A stretch of 60,718 nt of DNA, filler included, from Sphacelaria rigidula (GCA_964200075.2; 8 parts of 8 records of this genome joined end to end with filler, not necessarily neighbours in it), one strand, 5' to 3'; positions 48,285 to 60,718 are shown, counted from the whole stretch's first letter. The notes: generated from the letters alone by a model not told the origin. Translations and numbers: made by a program.

Positions 48285-48406
48285 CGCGCTTGGAGATTGC
48301 GAGCTTGGTCAGTGGAAAATCCGGAGTGCTCCATCCCGGCTTTGTAGGGTTGCGAGGTCAATAGTCTTATGACTACGGCATGCAGAATCAACACTACACC
48401 CTCCTC
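48285..48406 (+). mobile_element. Non-LTR 3'-end family F2
   Basis: CCCGGCTTTGTAGGGTTGCGAGGTCAATAGTCTTATGACTACGGCATGCA followed by a degenerate C-rich tail. Confidence 0.65.
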
Positions 48407-48424
48407 GTTATAATTAGGGAAATA

Positions 48425-49987
48425 TTCACACCCTGGACAATACAATATGTAATACATATCGCCCGCTCAATATATCGAGGCGTCGGGTGGTCAATATATA
48501 TTGGGCGAGCAATATGATGACACGAGAGAGGGTCAATATATATTGTGCCATCAATATATCAAGGCTCGCGACATGCAATATATATCGACCGAACAATATA
48601 TCACGACACGCGCCACCTCAATATATATTGGTGCGAGAAGGCACCAATATTTATTTATCGAGTAATATACTCGCTGCCACCCGAGGTCAATATATATACT
48701 GACGACTCAATACACTCGACACCCGAAGTGCCAATGTATATTGGATGGACAATACACGAGGGAACCGACGGTCACAATACATGTTGATGTAGCAAAATAT
48801 ATTGATTTTCAACATATAGATTGAAACGTGTATTGAAATTAGTATTTTGGGCAGTTCTTTGTTCGCGGGCGCCATTCAAAGACGTATTTTACATGCCGAA
48901 AATGCTCGATGTATTCCTCCGCAAGCGTGTTCAATATATATTGGCTGCTCGACAGCTATCCGATCAGCGTGCGCAATCTATATATATTGGAAAAACAATA
49001 CTTCTGCATGGTTTGCGTTCAATATCTATCATGGTAACAATATGCTACGCATTGCCTCGACTCAATATATATTGACACTTCAATACATACACGGCCGGCA
49101 TGCACAATACATATTGACATACATTACTTCATGATCATGACAAGAGCAATATATGTTGTTGCCTCAATATCTCCGAGGACATCTCAACACAATATATATT
49201 GAAATGACGAAGTATTGGTATCATATTGGAACATACTATTTTGTCCAGGGTGTAAGCAACACAGCTCCGGTGACCACAGGGGTACCGAAAGGCGCATATC
49301 GACCCGCGGTTTCTGTCGTTGTGATGTTCAGCCAAGATAATTACATTACATGCTGGAAAGGGGATGGGCGGCCCCGTACCGGTGGCCAGATAGGTATCAG
49401 GAGGCATATATACCGGGTCGCCTCCTGTATACACGATACTTACAATATCTGTCACCATATTTTCTAACCAGTATACATATATATATATATATATATATAT
49501 CGAACGCATTTGACAACTTTCCGCAGTATTGCACGCGAACTTCTGTGGCTCCCTTAAAAGCTTTTCCCAATCTGCATGGGCTCCGGCATCCATCGCGTCT
49601 GGATCTCTCCTAGAGCGTACACGATACTTACAATATCTGATATATATTGACCGGCCGATACATTGTCACCCACGCAGACCCAATAAACATTGACTGGCCA
49701 ATGTGTTCTCATCAATGCGACCCTGATATATTGGTCGTGCAATATGTTGTCGCCCACGCTGCCCCAATATATTTCGATGGGACAATATGTGTTCAACCCA
49801 ATATTACCAATATATATATTGGGCGGGCAATGCGTATGCAGTCCCACGACATCAATATATATATTGGGCGCGCAATACATGTGCAGTCTGAGGGTAGCAA
49901 TATATATTACACCGGCAATATATCGCAAAATTTCAATATGATCGACTAATATATATTGGGAACATATTGTTTTGTCCAGGGTGTGAA
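48425..49987. mobile_element. Non-autonomous TIR element (CACTA/CMC-like) with dense CAATAT(AT)/(AT)ATATTG subterminal repeats and an extra internal terminus
   Basis: TIR TTCACACCCTGGACAA(T/A)ACAATATGT, 25/26, at 48425-48450 and 49962-49987. A third terminus lies at 49231-49253. Dozens of CAATAT motifs occur in both orientations. Confidence 0.75.
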
Positions 49988-52900
49988 AGTACTACAGCTA
50001 CAAGATTTGCTGTCATCGCTTCGACGCACACTCCGTCTACATGGCACCATGTAGCACGAGAACGCCAAGACACACTATAGGGACGCGGATCATGCATTGA
50101 TACCGGCTGGATGAGGTCCAGCAGTTGCACGCCGGCGTGCGAAGGCAACTGCGGATACATGGTCCAGGCCATGTCCTTCTCGTCATTTTCCTGCTGGGTA
50201 TTGCTCGTTGCACAAAATAGAAGCAGTGTCCCGAACATCGTCGGCAATGTATTCCAGCTTACACAGCACCCCAGGTCAAGACGGCAACTCCCAGATGCAC
50301 TATCGCAACACGGTCTGTGCATCGGAGGTGAGGTGTTTTCAAAAGGCTTGTCAGCTACGCGCCGTCATGGAAAGGAAGCTTTCACTCCCCGAAACTTGAT
50401 TTGTTTCTGGTGCTTGTACTGGATCAACATGACATCTGATCGCATGTAAGACAGGCTCCACAAGAGGTTGTATACGCAAAGGCACCGGATTGACATCATT
50501 GTAATGGTACCACTGAGCCGTTGTGCTGTGTTCTGCCGTGGCTGCCGCTGGTGTTCCTAAGCCACAGTGGTGAGCCTATACATACGACGCCGCATGAGTC
50601 GTGCTTGATGGGGTACTCTGTGGTGTCGACGCATGGAAACTGCGCTCGCCGTGATTTCATAGGCGACGGTACAGTGTGGCGCAAGGCAGCAAGTCCTGTG
50701 CACACACGGCTTACAAGTGTGCAGATAGCACGCTGCACACCACCCGGATAGGGTTTAGTGACCCCGTGTACGGTTGTCCAGCGTGAATAAGCTACACAAG
50801 ATGCGAGGGCGACCCTGTACAGCTGTTCTTGCATAGGTGCAAGCACGTGAGGGTTACTTCAACAAAACACCGTATAAGAAAGAAAGAGGTCCACTCGTGA
50901 ATGAAAGATGAACTCACGACAGGCAACGGTGTACATCTTCGCCTGCTGCAGGACTATCGACACATATACACAATGATGTATGAAGCACATATTTCAGCAA
51001 TCCTAGCGTATACTAAAAGCTATCCTGGGCACATACTACACGCTCTGTTGGGGGTCTCAGCAGAGTTCGGTGGATCGAAGGCCTGGATCACCGCGCTATG
51101 GTTGGCCCCTTGACTGTGATGGTAAAGCAGAGCCACTTTCAGTCGTCTAGCGGATCGGAAATATAACAAATAGGACAAGTAATTTTGACTGCACTATGGT
51201 GGGATTCCCACTGCAAGAAGTAATACAGAGCAAACCTATCGAGCAACAGGACAGGATTATTCGTTTGTTTTCAGGAAATAAATTGTCGTTCTCGATGGGA
51301 TTCATGAATGATCAAACTTACCTGCACAGAGCACGTCCTTTTCACAGTCACCTATGAGGGAGAGTATATCAACACACCACGAAGCGCTCGCCAGCATGAC
51401 ATAGAAGCAATGTCAACTGTCGCTTTGAAGAGGGTGCATGCAACACCAAACCAAAGTCCCCCAACCCAAGTAATGTGCGACGTGATAGCATGTACGATGT
51501 GAGACGCGTATACGTTCAATCTTCGGAAATGTAAGACGCTTGCACAAACAATTTGCATCTAAGTTGCGTCCAGTGTTCACAACCGGCGTTGCACAAAGTG
51601 ACTGCACTGTTGAGCATACCCACCATGTATCACCATGCGGTACGGTAGTCACAAAGAGCAGCGCACGCTGCCTGTTCGGCAAGCGCGAAACCGAATGACA
51701 TGTACCAATCACCTCGACGCGTTGCAGTATTGATGGTCGGGTGGGCGGCACTGCATTGGTCGCGTTTACTGTTGACGCGTGTGCTCCCTTTAGTTTACAA
51801 AGCAAGCGAGAGAAACGAACAGGCTTGTTCCTGCCGCATGAACAATCAACACTTTCGACTGATCAAAAATATTCCCCTGCTCCAGATATCTGATGTGAAG
51901 CATGTCACGTTTCCCTGGAATAAACGATCTTCCAACCTCTGAGAATAATACGCAAGACTCGCGAAAAATCACGCAGCAATAAAAAAAGCTGCTTCAAACT
52001 CACATAATACCTGCAAACGTCGGAGAACGCTGTCCTCAACTGGTATGTATCTAGGAACGTCCATATCTGTCCTGACAATGTTCCCCCCGATCGCTAAAAA
52101 TGGAAAACGGGTATCCCGTGTGCTGGACGGCGATTCATCCGGCGGTCGGGAGCCAGTGATTTATTTTCCTCGTACAGGAGGCGGCCAGTGTACTTGAAGA
52201 GGAACACAACGATATCTGCCGAATCTCATTGAGAGCACGCGCATACGTCGACATCTATATAGGAATAGTGATCAAATATCTTCAGCTTTCTGTCGCACTT
52301 GTGTACTTGTTTACATTCAATAAGTAAAGCCTAATGCCCGCCAGTCAGTTGTACAACAACAGAGAAATATGGTGGGAGTTGTGGGATCGATTTGACAGAG
52401 AAAACGGGGTCACCTAGCGTGTGCTGATAATGGTATGTCTTGGATATTCTTATCTATATCAAGAATACATGTACATGAACTCACAGACATCTCATATCGT
52501 TCGAAAAATATTTATATGAACTCCCAGATAGTCTGACAATACTCTGACGAAGTCACTCTCAACTCACGGAGATCTGAAAACGTTCCAAAGAGTCGTACCG
52601 AGAGAAGAAACTACTTGTATTTGTTTGAAGGGGCCGTCTCTGGGGTGAACAGTTGTTCCACGTGTGCTGGGCCCAATCCTTCTAGAAAAACAGGTGTTCT
52701 ACCCATATCGGCCACATGTTTTTTACTATAGATCAATCGCTCACGTAGGCCGCTCGCACCGGTTACAAACGAACAGGTAGATACTCACCGCGTGTCACAC
52801 CCGTATGTTTCAAAGTAGACACGTGTTCCGCGTACGCTCGGCAGATGCGTTCTAAAGTGAACCGATGTTCCATGTATCGTACACGTGAAAAACTAATGCA

Positions 52901-53116
52901 TTCGTACGTGTTCCGATTCGGGCATTTACTGCATATTCAGTGCAGATAGTATAATAATGGTATAACCATGTGCTGCAACTCACTGTCTGTACGGCGCGGT
53001 GCCCTTTGCATAGAAGGGCGTGGGAACGCCGCAGTAGGGGGGGGGGGGGGGCGGCCTAATTTCCCCCCCCCCCCGAGGGGGGGTGCGCCTCGCCGGGGGG
53101 TGGCTGGTGGGGGGAA

Positions 53117-53216
53117 NNNNNNNNNNNNNNNNNNNNNNNNNNNNNNNNNNNNNNNNNNNNTTAATTAATTAANNNNNNNNNNNNNNNNNNNNNNNNNNNN
53201 NNNNNNNNNNNNNNNN
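53117..53216. other. Artificial contig linker
   Basis: N44-TTAATTAATTAA-N44. Confidence 0.98.
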
Positions 53217-54350
53217 AGCGTGATCGGCTCCGACCACTCGCCATGGACCTGTCCACGTGGACATCAACTTTGGCGTCACACCTTGTCTACGAACACGGGC
53301 ATACAGTACGAAATCTCCTACCGCAAACTTGGGCAACACAGCCTGGCCCTGAGCAAGTTTGCGTTTGGTTTCGCGAGACACCGCGACAGCAGCTTGCACT
53401 TCGTTACGAAACCTCACTTGCTCGTCAACCACGCCTCGAACCTTGTCACGCAACGAATCAGCATCCATGACATCGACGTTCCACTCGCCGCCAGAGAAAG
53501 AAGCCAGCGCGGAAAACGCCTTGCGTGGCGCACGCCCTTACATTACACAATGCGGAGTGTTACGGTAGCGTTCACAAAAAGAAGTATTCAATGCCCACTG
53601 AGCGGCTGGCAAAACATCAATCCATCCAGACACCGGCCGTCGTTGTTCTGACAAAATAGACCGCAACGCATGAATAACCTCTTTTACCATGCGTTCACCA
53701 GCACCATTCGACCAAGGGGTATACGCAGCAACAACAAATTGGTGTTGCACCTTGAGCGCGTCGCTCAGCTGCGCGATCACTCGATTCTTGAAGTGAGTGG
53801 CGGTATCACTGACCCAAACACGCGGCATCGCCAAAGTCTTGCACCAATGAAGAAAGTGCTTAGCCGCAACCTCGGCGGTGCAAGCCTTGGTCGGCTCGAA
53901 GCAAAAACAATTGGAAAAATCATCCATCATCACCTCCTCAGGCAGAATATTAGCACCTTCAGGTCCGCTACTTCCGACGTACAGAAAATCAAAGTGAACA
54001 ATTTCACCTGGCGCAATACCATGCACAGTATCGCCATACGGGCGAGGTACAATCTCACCAGCATGAGTGTCTACACAATGCAAACACCGTCGAACGAACT
54101 CGCGAACGTGGGAACCTATGTGAGGCCACACACAGTATTCTTTGTAACGAAACAGAGTCGGCGCCACACCATGGTGACCAGCCGACCGTATGTGAGCGCA
54201 CACCATCAAGCGAATTTGTAGAGCGTTATCATCCGACGGAATCCACAAAACATCACTTCTGCCAACACGCACGCGAAACAAACCATCGTCAGCCATAGTA
54301 GCTTGACCGAAAATCGTAGGAAAATAATGAACACCGTCGCCGACTGTTTT
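53217..54350 (-). mobile_element. Ty3/Gypsy LTR-retrotransposon pol remnant (integrase), frameshifted
   Basis: HHCC zinc finger (AHIRSAGHHG...WP...CLHC), core HFDF...VSDTATHF...YTPWSNGAGER (DDE), then in a second frame FAVGDFVL...KLMSTWTGPWRV (GPY/F module). Confidence 0.92.
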
Positions 54351-55438
54351 GCGCTGCGCGGTACGAATATAGCGTCTGCCAGACGATCTGGACAACAGGA
54401 CTATCCACGAGGGACTCCTCCAGTAGCACTGGCCTCATGCTCGACAAGCCTTTTTCACTTGTTATATTCACGGAGTGATCCAGAAATAGACCACATCACG
54501 AGCCAGACAGCAAGGGGCCATACAGACAAGGGTAATCAATCCTGGATCCCCTGTCCCCTGCTACTGCTCCAATCATGCATGCGATCGTACTGAAACCTAC
54601 GGCTTGGTCTCATTTGGCTACATCCTGTAGTAAGCGATTCGCCTGTGCGCAGCTGATGACAACAAGTTCCACTTCCATCAGTGCTGTCAACAGGCTGGGT
54701 GTGTTGTCATGCGATTTATGGTTGGAGCCAATCTACACCTTTGGAGATGGTGTGGGAAAACCCCCGTATCTTCACCGGGGCGAATGGCCACTGCTGTGTT
54801 TTGTTGAATCCTGTCAACCGTGTGAAACGTTCAAACCGGTACCCAACAGTTTCGTAAAACGATTGTTACCGGTACCATCCTACCCCTGGTTGACAAGTTG
54901 TAAGGCCTGTGAGCCTCCCATAACCTCAACCCGGGTTCAACCGTATACTCTTGTGCGTATATTCGATCCAGGCAGAGTACGGATACATGTCCGGGGCAGG
55001 TAAACATTTAGACTAAGTCCCTACTTTTGTTCTGATAACTCGCACTTGTTCCCCAACCTCCATCAATCAAACCCCCCTGGTATTCAAATCCATACATCTT
55101 TCACAACAATGTTTTGAAGTTTGGTACACAGACGGTTCACGGGTACAGCCGAGGAGGAAGCGAGACATGGAACGCAACGCAGACCGTTGGGGTGGACCAT
55201 TCCTAGACACGAGTAATGGATCGAGTGGGGGACCTTCATCTGCGCCATCATCGGTACCAACTAACAGGGTGCAGGTCATCGAATCATGGTGTTTAACCCT
55301 GTTTTGTCAAGGGGTCGGTTTGTTAAATACACCCGTGTATCTTCACGGATATTACCCCTCTCCGACAGTTTGGTGACGTCTGTAAGACTTTCATCGGGCT
55401 ACCCGATGTTTGTCGTGAATTCTGTAAGACTTTTATTG

Positions 55439-55575
55439 CCCTACTCAATAGCTCTATCACTTCAGTAACACTTGCACACCCCTACTCGATAGATCTGTGA
55501 CCCCAGTAACGTCTCCCTAGTCCCACTCAATAGTTCTGTGACTTGTTGTAGACTCTCCTACCGGTCCACGATAGT
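55439..55575. repeat. Imperfect ~40-bp tandem repeat (CCCTACTC(A/G)ATAG..CTGTGAC..CAGTAAC)
   Basis: Units start near 55439, 55480 and 55522; a further copy lies near 55749. Confidence 0.65.
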
Positions 55576-55774
55576 TCAATGACGGTTGTGACCCCCCTAT
55601 ACCCTAACCCGACTGTTCTGTATTTTCTGTACACAAGGTTCACTCCTGTACCCTTGTACAAATATCCGGGTGACTGTTCAATTTTCTATGCAACCTTCTT
55701 TCATCACCCGATAACTTCTAGATTCTTTGTAAGCCTCCTATCAACATACCTACTCGATAGGTTCTGTAACCTTT

Positions 55775-55960
55775 GAGGCATCCTACGATAGGGGGGGGGG
55801 GGTATTTTGGGTCACATCTCGCACGAAATTCCGAGGCAAATCGTAGTTGAAAGCAGCAACGGTTGTTCGAACGAGCTTGTTGAGGATTAATAACGCTCAT
55901 CCATACTGCCTGACACCGTTTGAAACCAAATACAAGCGCAACGCAAGTGTGGCAGGTCGT
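55775..55960. mobile_element. Partial inverted copy of the 6492-6738 Sola2-like MITE
   Basis: Terminus GAGGCATCCTACGATAGGGGG. Reverse-complement body CTTGTATTTGG...ATGAGCGTTAT...CGTTCGAAC.ACCGTTGCTGCT.TCAAC.ACGATT matches 6580-6677. Confidence 0.75.
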
Positions 55961-56872
55961 TTTTTTCGCGGCTTTACATATCTGCTACATCACTTCGAGG
56001 TGTAGTGGGTATGTCCTGCATCATGTTCAGAACGCTCTTTATGCAATTGACAATCAGGGTTTGGCGTTCGGCACTTCCGCATCAAACGTCCCACCATAAC
56101 TAAGTCACATTTCTTCATTCCTTTGTTTTCCTCATTCGACTGACCAACCGTCGACCAACCCGCTGTCGTCGATAGATAAAAGCCGCAGAACAACTAGGCA
56201 CCAACAAAGTTTGTGGTACCTGTACTGCTGTAGACTGCAAACTTTAATCCCACAGTCTAATATTATAAATTGTTTCTTTGTTATTAACTCCGCATAATAA
56301 AAGTAACATAAAAGTACTTGGTAACGATAAGCGGCACAACGCCTCCAGATGAACTGGACAACTGGCGCTCTTGTGGCCATTTCCACTCTAACTCCCGTTA
56401 CAATGAAGATATACAGTATAAAGTGTATTTGGTGTACTTTCCCACAGGAGTTGTTATCACCCATTTTCAGCCAACGATTCAACACACATGGGAAACGGTG
56501 CGCTAGAAGGAGGACCTCCCACCTTCTTTGTGCCAACGCAATACAACACACTCCCACATGTTGTACTTACGTTTATAGAATGTCACAGTTACCAACAGGC
56601 CGGGGGTTTTCTCACTCTCAGTTTATCGAGGAGTAACCTGATTACCGAAAGCAGCCTATTAAACCACTTCCTTTCTTTTCCACTCGCTTGACATCGTTGC
56701 GTTCAACACCCGTTCGCCACGCATTCGTTCACGGTACAACTATGTTATCTTCCGTACTTCCCTCGCTAAAGGTTTAAAGTTTCCTCATCCGTCCCGTCAT
56801 CCTTGTCCCGATCCGTTCGATATCGACAGGTGCTCCGTGTGCACTACCCACGTGTCTGTATCCCAGGAGACA

Positions 56873-57412
56873 ATGCCAGTTCTGAAGGGTGCCGGGAAAC
56901 AGGTCCCCTTCCTCTGCCTTGCGTGTGGCGTGGACATCGGGGTCAGCACTTCATTTCACCGCATGGCAGAGGAAGACAGGGTATACGCCCACGCGGACGG
57001 CCGCACCTGCTCAAAGACCGTCGTCGAAGCGAACGAGAACAGTTCTCACCCTTGGGACGCATACAGAGCCACCCCTGCCAAAAAAAACTCTGTGACCTGT
57101 CGGCGGGGGATCAGGACCCACAATTTCTAAAGTGTCATGACTGCTTCCACGACACCCGTGCCGAGCTCCTGTCGGATTTCCAACATCACTTGTTGCAGGA
57201 GCAAGAGGCGTTTGCCTCGAGAAACGACTACTCCTCACCTCAGAAAGTACCGCGGGTCAAAACTTATTCCCTCTCTCCTCCCGGAGGCGACCCCGTGAGG
57301 CCACCAAGCAAAACCGACACTCCACTCGAAAAGAAGAAACCTCATCCTATCCGACGGGATACCCGACCCACGGCCAGCAGGAGCGGAGCCGGAAACCAAA
57401 GCACCGCTTACG
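56873..57412 (+). pseudogene. Possible frameshifted first exon of a Cys-rich (zinc-finger-like) protein, perhaps of transposon origin
   Basis: MPVLKGAGKQVPFLCLACGVD... continues after a frame change near the A run (~57080-57088) as ...LCDLSAGDQDPQFLKCHDCFHD... and ends at a G|GTAAGT donor. Confidence 0.3.
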
Positions 57413-59159
57413 GTAAGTACCACAACTACACATTCCTTTTTCCCCGTTCGACCCCCTCTCCACCATGTAGAGTCCCATTTTCATCCTGCCCTCTCCCACC
57501 TTCAATGCTTGTTTCCATCGATGACAGCCTTTTTGTTTACTTTCAACATGCCTCAGTGCAATCTCCAGCCTGCACGCTTGTTCACGTCTCTTCGTTCCTT
57601 TACTTTGCCTTTTGCCTACCTTCATTCTACCGTGATGCGTTCCAAACCCAGATGCCTACACTCGGAACGTGACGGACTTCGTCACATCCGACATCATCCA
57701 TGTCAGCTTCCGGCAGCGTTTGTGACGTTTTAGAGGCATCGTCTCCTCTCATTTTGGGCTCCGGTTCTCCCGGCGTTGTGTCGTCTTCTGTACAGTAACG
57801 TGGTCAAATGAACTTCTTCTCGGTACTTTTGGGGGCCACGATGCGGGAGGATCAGGAGTATTCTAAGTTCTATATGGCCTTAGTTTTGAATTACTTCCTA
57901 CACACGACAAAGTTTCTGCTTCAAGGGCAGGAAGATGTGAGTTTATCGAACGTGGGTGGGCTCTGGGTAGTTACACCACACTAGTAATGGGGTGATCAAC
58001 TCACTTGATGTTGATGTTGAGCCAAGTCAGTTGATGCTTCGGTGATGAGGCTAGTTCCTCGTATCTTATGTTTTTCCAATTTTACTAGATCTATTACGAG
58101 ATGATTCTCGCTGCCGGAGACATGTCCATTCCTCTCTTTGCTGTTTCTACACGTATATGCAGTAAGCAGTAGGTGGTAATTTGGTCGTCTAGATCGCACG
58201 CCGGTAGTTTGTCAGCTTGCAGTGTGTTCCTTGTGGTTCGATCGGTTTTTGCTGGCTCAAGTCTTTCGTGTACCGTTGTTGTGTAAAGGAGTCCTCTGTC
58301 TACTCTTGGTTTTATGGTCATGGGTGGTGGGCTCCTTGCACCCCGTGACCACGGGTTGGAGAGAGCAAATATTATTATCAAGGAATTGAGCTCATATGAC
58401 GTAAGCTCTAAAATAGCAGATGGCAATATACCCCGCCGGTGGTGGTTGAGGTGCAACGTGCCCGTGCCATGTCTTTTGCGCACGAATTACACCCGTGCCG
58501 TGCCTTTCCCGCCTTTCCGTATAAAAACGAATCCTCAAAGGACGAGCACGGCGCCTAAACTAGTCGCGGTGCTATCAATAATTACGAATTTCAAGCCAAA
58601 TTTTCACCCAATCTCCACATGCTTCAAATCGTAGTGACCGTCATCGGCTCGGAAATCCGGCGAAAAAAGTATTTGAAAGCGGTAACCGCGGGGGTCGAAT
58701 AATACCCGAAACCGTGATGTTTCGGTGATGTCGTGTGTTGGCGTCGTCTAATATCCACCAATGAGACACACGAAAGACCCTGGGAGCCTCGTGACGGTGT
58801 ACCCTATATCTGTTATAGAAAAGCTCAGATCGCCCTCAAACTTGGAAGTTCTGTAAATATTGATGCTCCAAATAAAAACATCTGTTCTTGACATTATTTC
58901 AATTTCTCTCCGTTATCTACCGGCTCCTGGGGGTCCCAGTACGAAGGCCCCCGGAAGGCGGTGTAGAATGCCCCAGAAGAACAACAAATACAATTATGTG
59001 TCCCGGGATAGGCCAAGGAACACATGTACGAAGTTTGGTGGAGAAACTCTGGAACCTCATACAGTTTTTCTTGCCTTGACGTGAAATTCGCTCAAAAAGA
59101 CGTCTCCATACTAAAACCAAATATTGAGGAGTTGCACAGTTCAAGCCCGCGTCCTCCAC

Positions 59160-59842
59160 AAACGCGCAAATCTTTACGCCGTTATGAAGAGTTAGACCCT
59201 AAGACTGTGCACGAATATGCTATGTTTCATTACGCAACTTTCAATGGACGATGATTTTTCACTTCTTGAGTTGTTACCGTTTCTCGAGGGTCCGACGGGA
59301 GCCAAGTCGTTTCTCGAGGTAGTGTCCATTCTGGGACCCCGGAAAACCGGCACTATGATATATTTTTTTCATTTGTTCGCTAACGAGCTGTCGCCGCATA
59401 ACCGGAGGAGGTGCTCCATAAACCTTTGGCGCAAAACTCGATCAACTGATGTTTGAATTTTCATGTTCACGTGAAAGAAGACCCAAAATGCCGGTTTGGA
59501 ACTAAAATCAAGTAGCTTACGCTTTCACCACAGCACGGCAAAGTTTATCGCACGAAAGCGAAAACCTTCACGCCGTTTCAAGGAATGAGACCCTGAAATA
59601 TTTCACAACTGTGCTGTGGGTCATTACGCAACTTTGAATGAACGAGGTTGTATGAGTTTGCTTTCTTTCACCGTTTTACGGGGGTCTGATTGGATCGATG
59701 TTTCTCAAACACCTGGGACCCCCGAAAAACGGCGAGAAGAATTAAAAAATAGAAAACTCTCGACCCTTGAAAAGTTGCGTAATGCTCCATAGAACATCTG
59801 TGCAAATTTTCAGGATCTAACTCCTTGAAACGGCGTGAGGTT
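59160..59842. repeat. Direct plus inverted array of a ~85-bp unit (about 59170-59250 +, 59566-59645 +, 59761-59840 -)
   Basis: ACGCCGTT..AAG.A.T.AGA.CCT.A...CATTACGCAACTTT in all three copies; the two direct copies also share downstream CTGGGACCCC.GAAAA.CGGC. Confidence 0.75.
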
Positions 59843-60183
59843 TGGCTGATGAGTGTTTTCTGGGTGATAGGCGTAAACCAGCACGTGACAATTCGAGATA
59901 AACGAGAATATGGGTCAGGGTGTCCTCTTTCGCAAATTCATTCGGGACATCCCTAGCAAATTGGAAAAAGGGCAAACGTCACGGTAGGGCATACCATGGT
60001 GCATTGGCGACAAACCTGGGTACCCTCTTTGTTTGGAAGAGAAATGAGAGCAGCTGATCGGCCAACAACCATTTTCACCCGGCGGCGGCGGTAGACGGCC
60101 ACGGTATACCCTGCTGTGACTACGTTTCTTCTAATTGTACCCTTTTCGTTTTATAACTGTACCCACATGTAACGGGAAATCAA

Positions 60184-60413
60184 TCTCTTCCATCGGCCAT
60201 CTTCGACGCAATCGCTTCCCGCCCCCAGCAAAGGGCCCCGAAATACAGATCTTACCGCTGCAAACAACCATGCAGCCCGTGCAGAATATCGTGACCACGG
60301 ATCTTCCATCGGCCAAATCACTTCCCCCTCCCAGCAAAGGGCCCCAAGATAGAGATCTTACCGTTGCGAACAACCGCGGCACCCCGCTCAATGCCGTTGG
60401 CACGGATCTTCCA
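60184..60413. repeat. Imperfect ~105-115-bp tandem repeat (2 units plus the start of a third)
   Basis: TCTTCCATCGGCCA...CCCAGCAAAGGGCCCC...AGATCTTACCG.TGC.AACAACC occurs twice. Confidence 0.8.
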
Positions 60414-60718
60414 CTCCTTTCTCAATACACCACATATCACATACTGCACCCGCTGCTTGCTGTACACAGCTTGCTGTACACAACACCGCCGTATGAAGTA
60501 AGGAGGAGTGATGTCCACGGGGCATTCACGGTATATAGCGTCGTGTGTCCTGCTGCGATAGTACTACTACTGCTGTACACGCTATGTGGAGTATCATTAA
60601 GGAGTGACGTGTGTAAGACGCTTCGTTATACGTAGCTGTATATTTTCAGAGAGGTATATAGACTGCAGTGCTTGCTGTGACAACAGCAGGTCTCTTTTTC
60701 TCTCTTTCAAGCAATCAG

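Noticed and set aside
48415-49990. CRISPR-like repeat/spacer array
   Set aside because: The motifs are only 6-8 bp, irregularly spaced, in both orientations and bounded by TIRs. The context is eukaryotic with no cas genes.
50000-53116. Possible decayed coding sequence
   Set aside because: Only short ORFs, with no recognisable motifs or consistent splice pattern.
7548-53172. Regularly spaced TTAATTAATTAA palindromes as a biological array
   Set aside because: They are always centred in N runs of identical length, which marks an artificial six-frame-stop linker.

Overview
Eukaryotic, intron-rich and repeat-dense DNA, most likely from a brown alga (Phaeophyceae). That call rests mainly on a 5S rRNA fragment matching the brown-algal 5S sequence as I recall it. 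The window is not one locus: it is eight unrelated contigs of 7503, 7503 and 6 x 7502 bp, in decreasing size order, joined by identical 100-nt N44-TTAATTAATTAA-N44 linkers, so nothing can be inferred across a linker. Host-gene content is sparse: 3-4 exons of a BTB/BACK protein, two 3' exons of a C-terminally membrane-anchored protein, one FG-GAP/DEX1-like exon and one low-complexity exon. Contig 3 is the most interesting. It holds a five-exon, inactivated P-element/THAP9-type transposase on the minus strand, facing a convergent spliced gene that appears to carry P-like C-terminal-domain motifs plus a SAP-like motif, which may be a two-gene 'split' P-like transposon. The rest is non-autonomous mobile DNA, much of it with termini and target-site duplications (TSDs) readable by eye: Sola2-like MITEs (four with exact 4-bp TSDs), a Ginger-like MITE carrying telomere-like repeats, MULE-, piggyBac-, hAT- and CACTA-like MITEs (the hAT-like one holds a fold-back 5S rRNA fragment), tRNA-derived SINEs, two related non-LTR 3'-end families ending in poly(C), and a Gypsy integrase remnant. 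No database searches were run. Family assignments come from motif recognition and are labelled as such.
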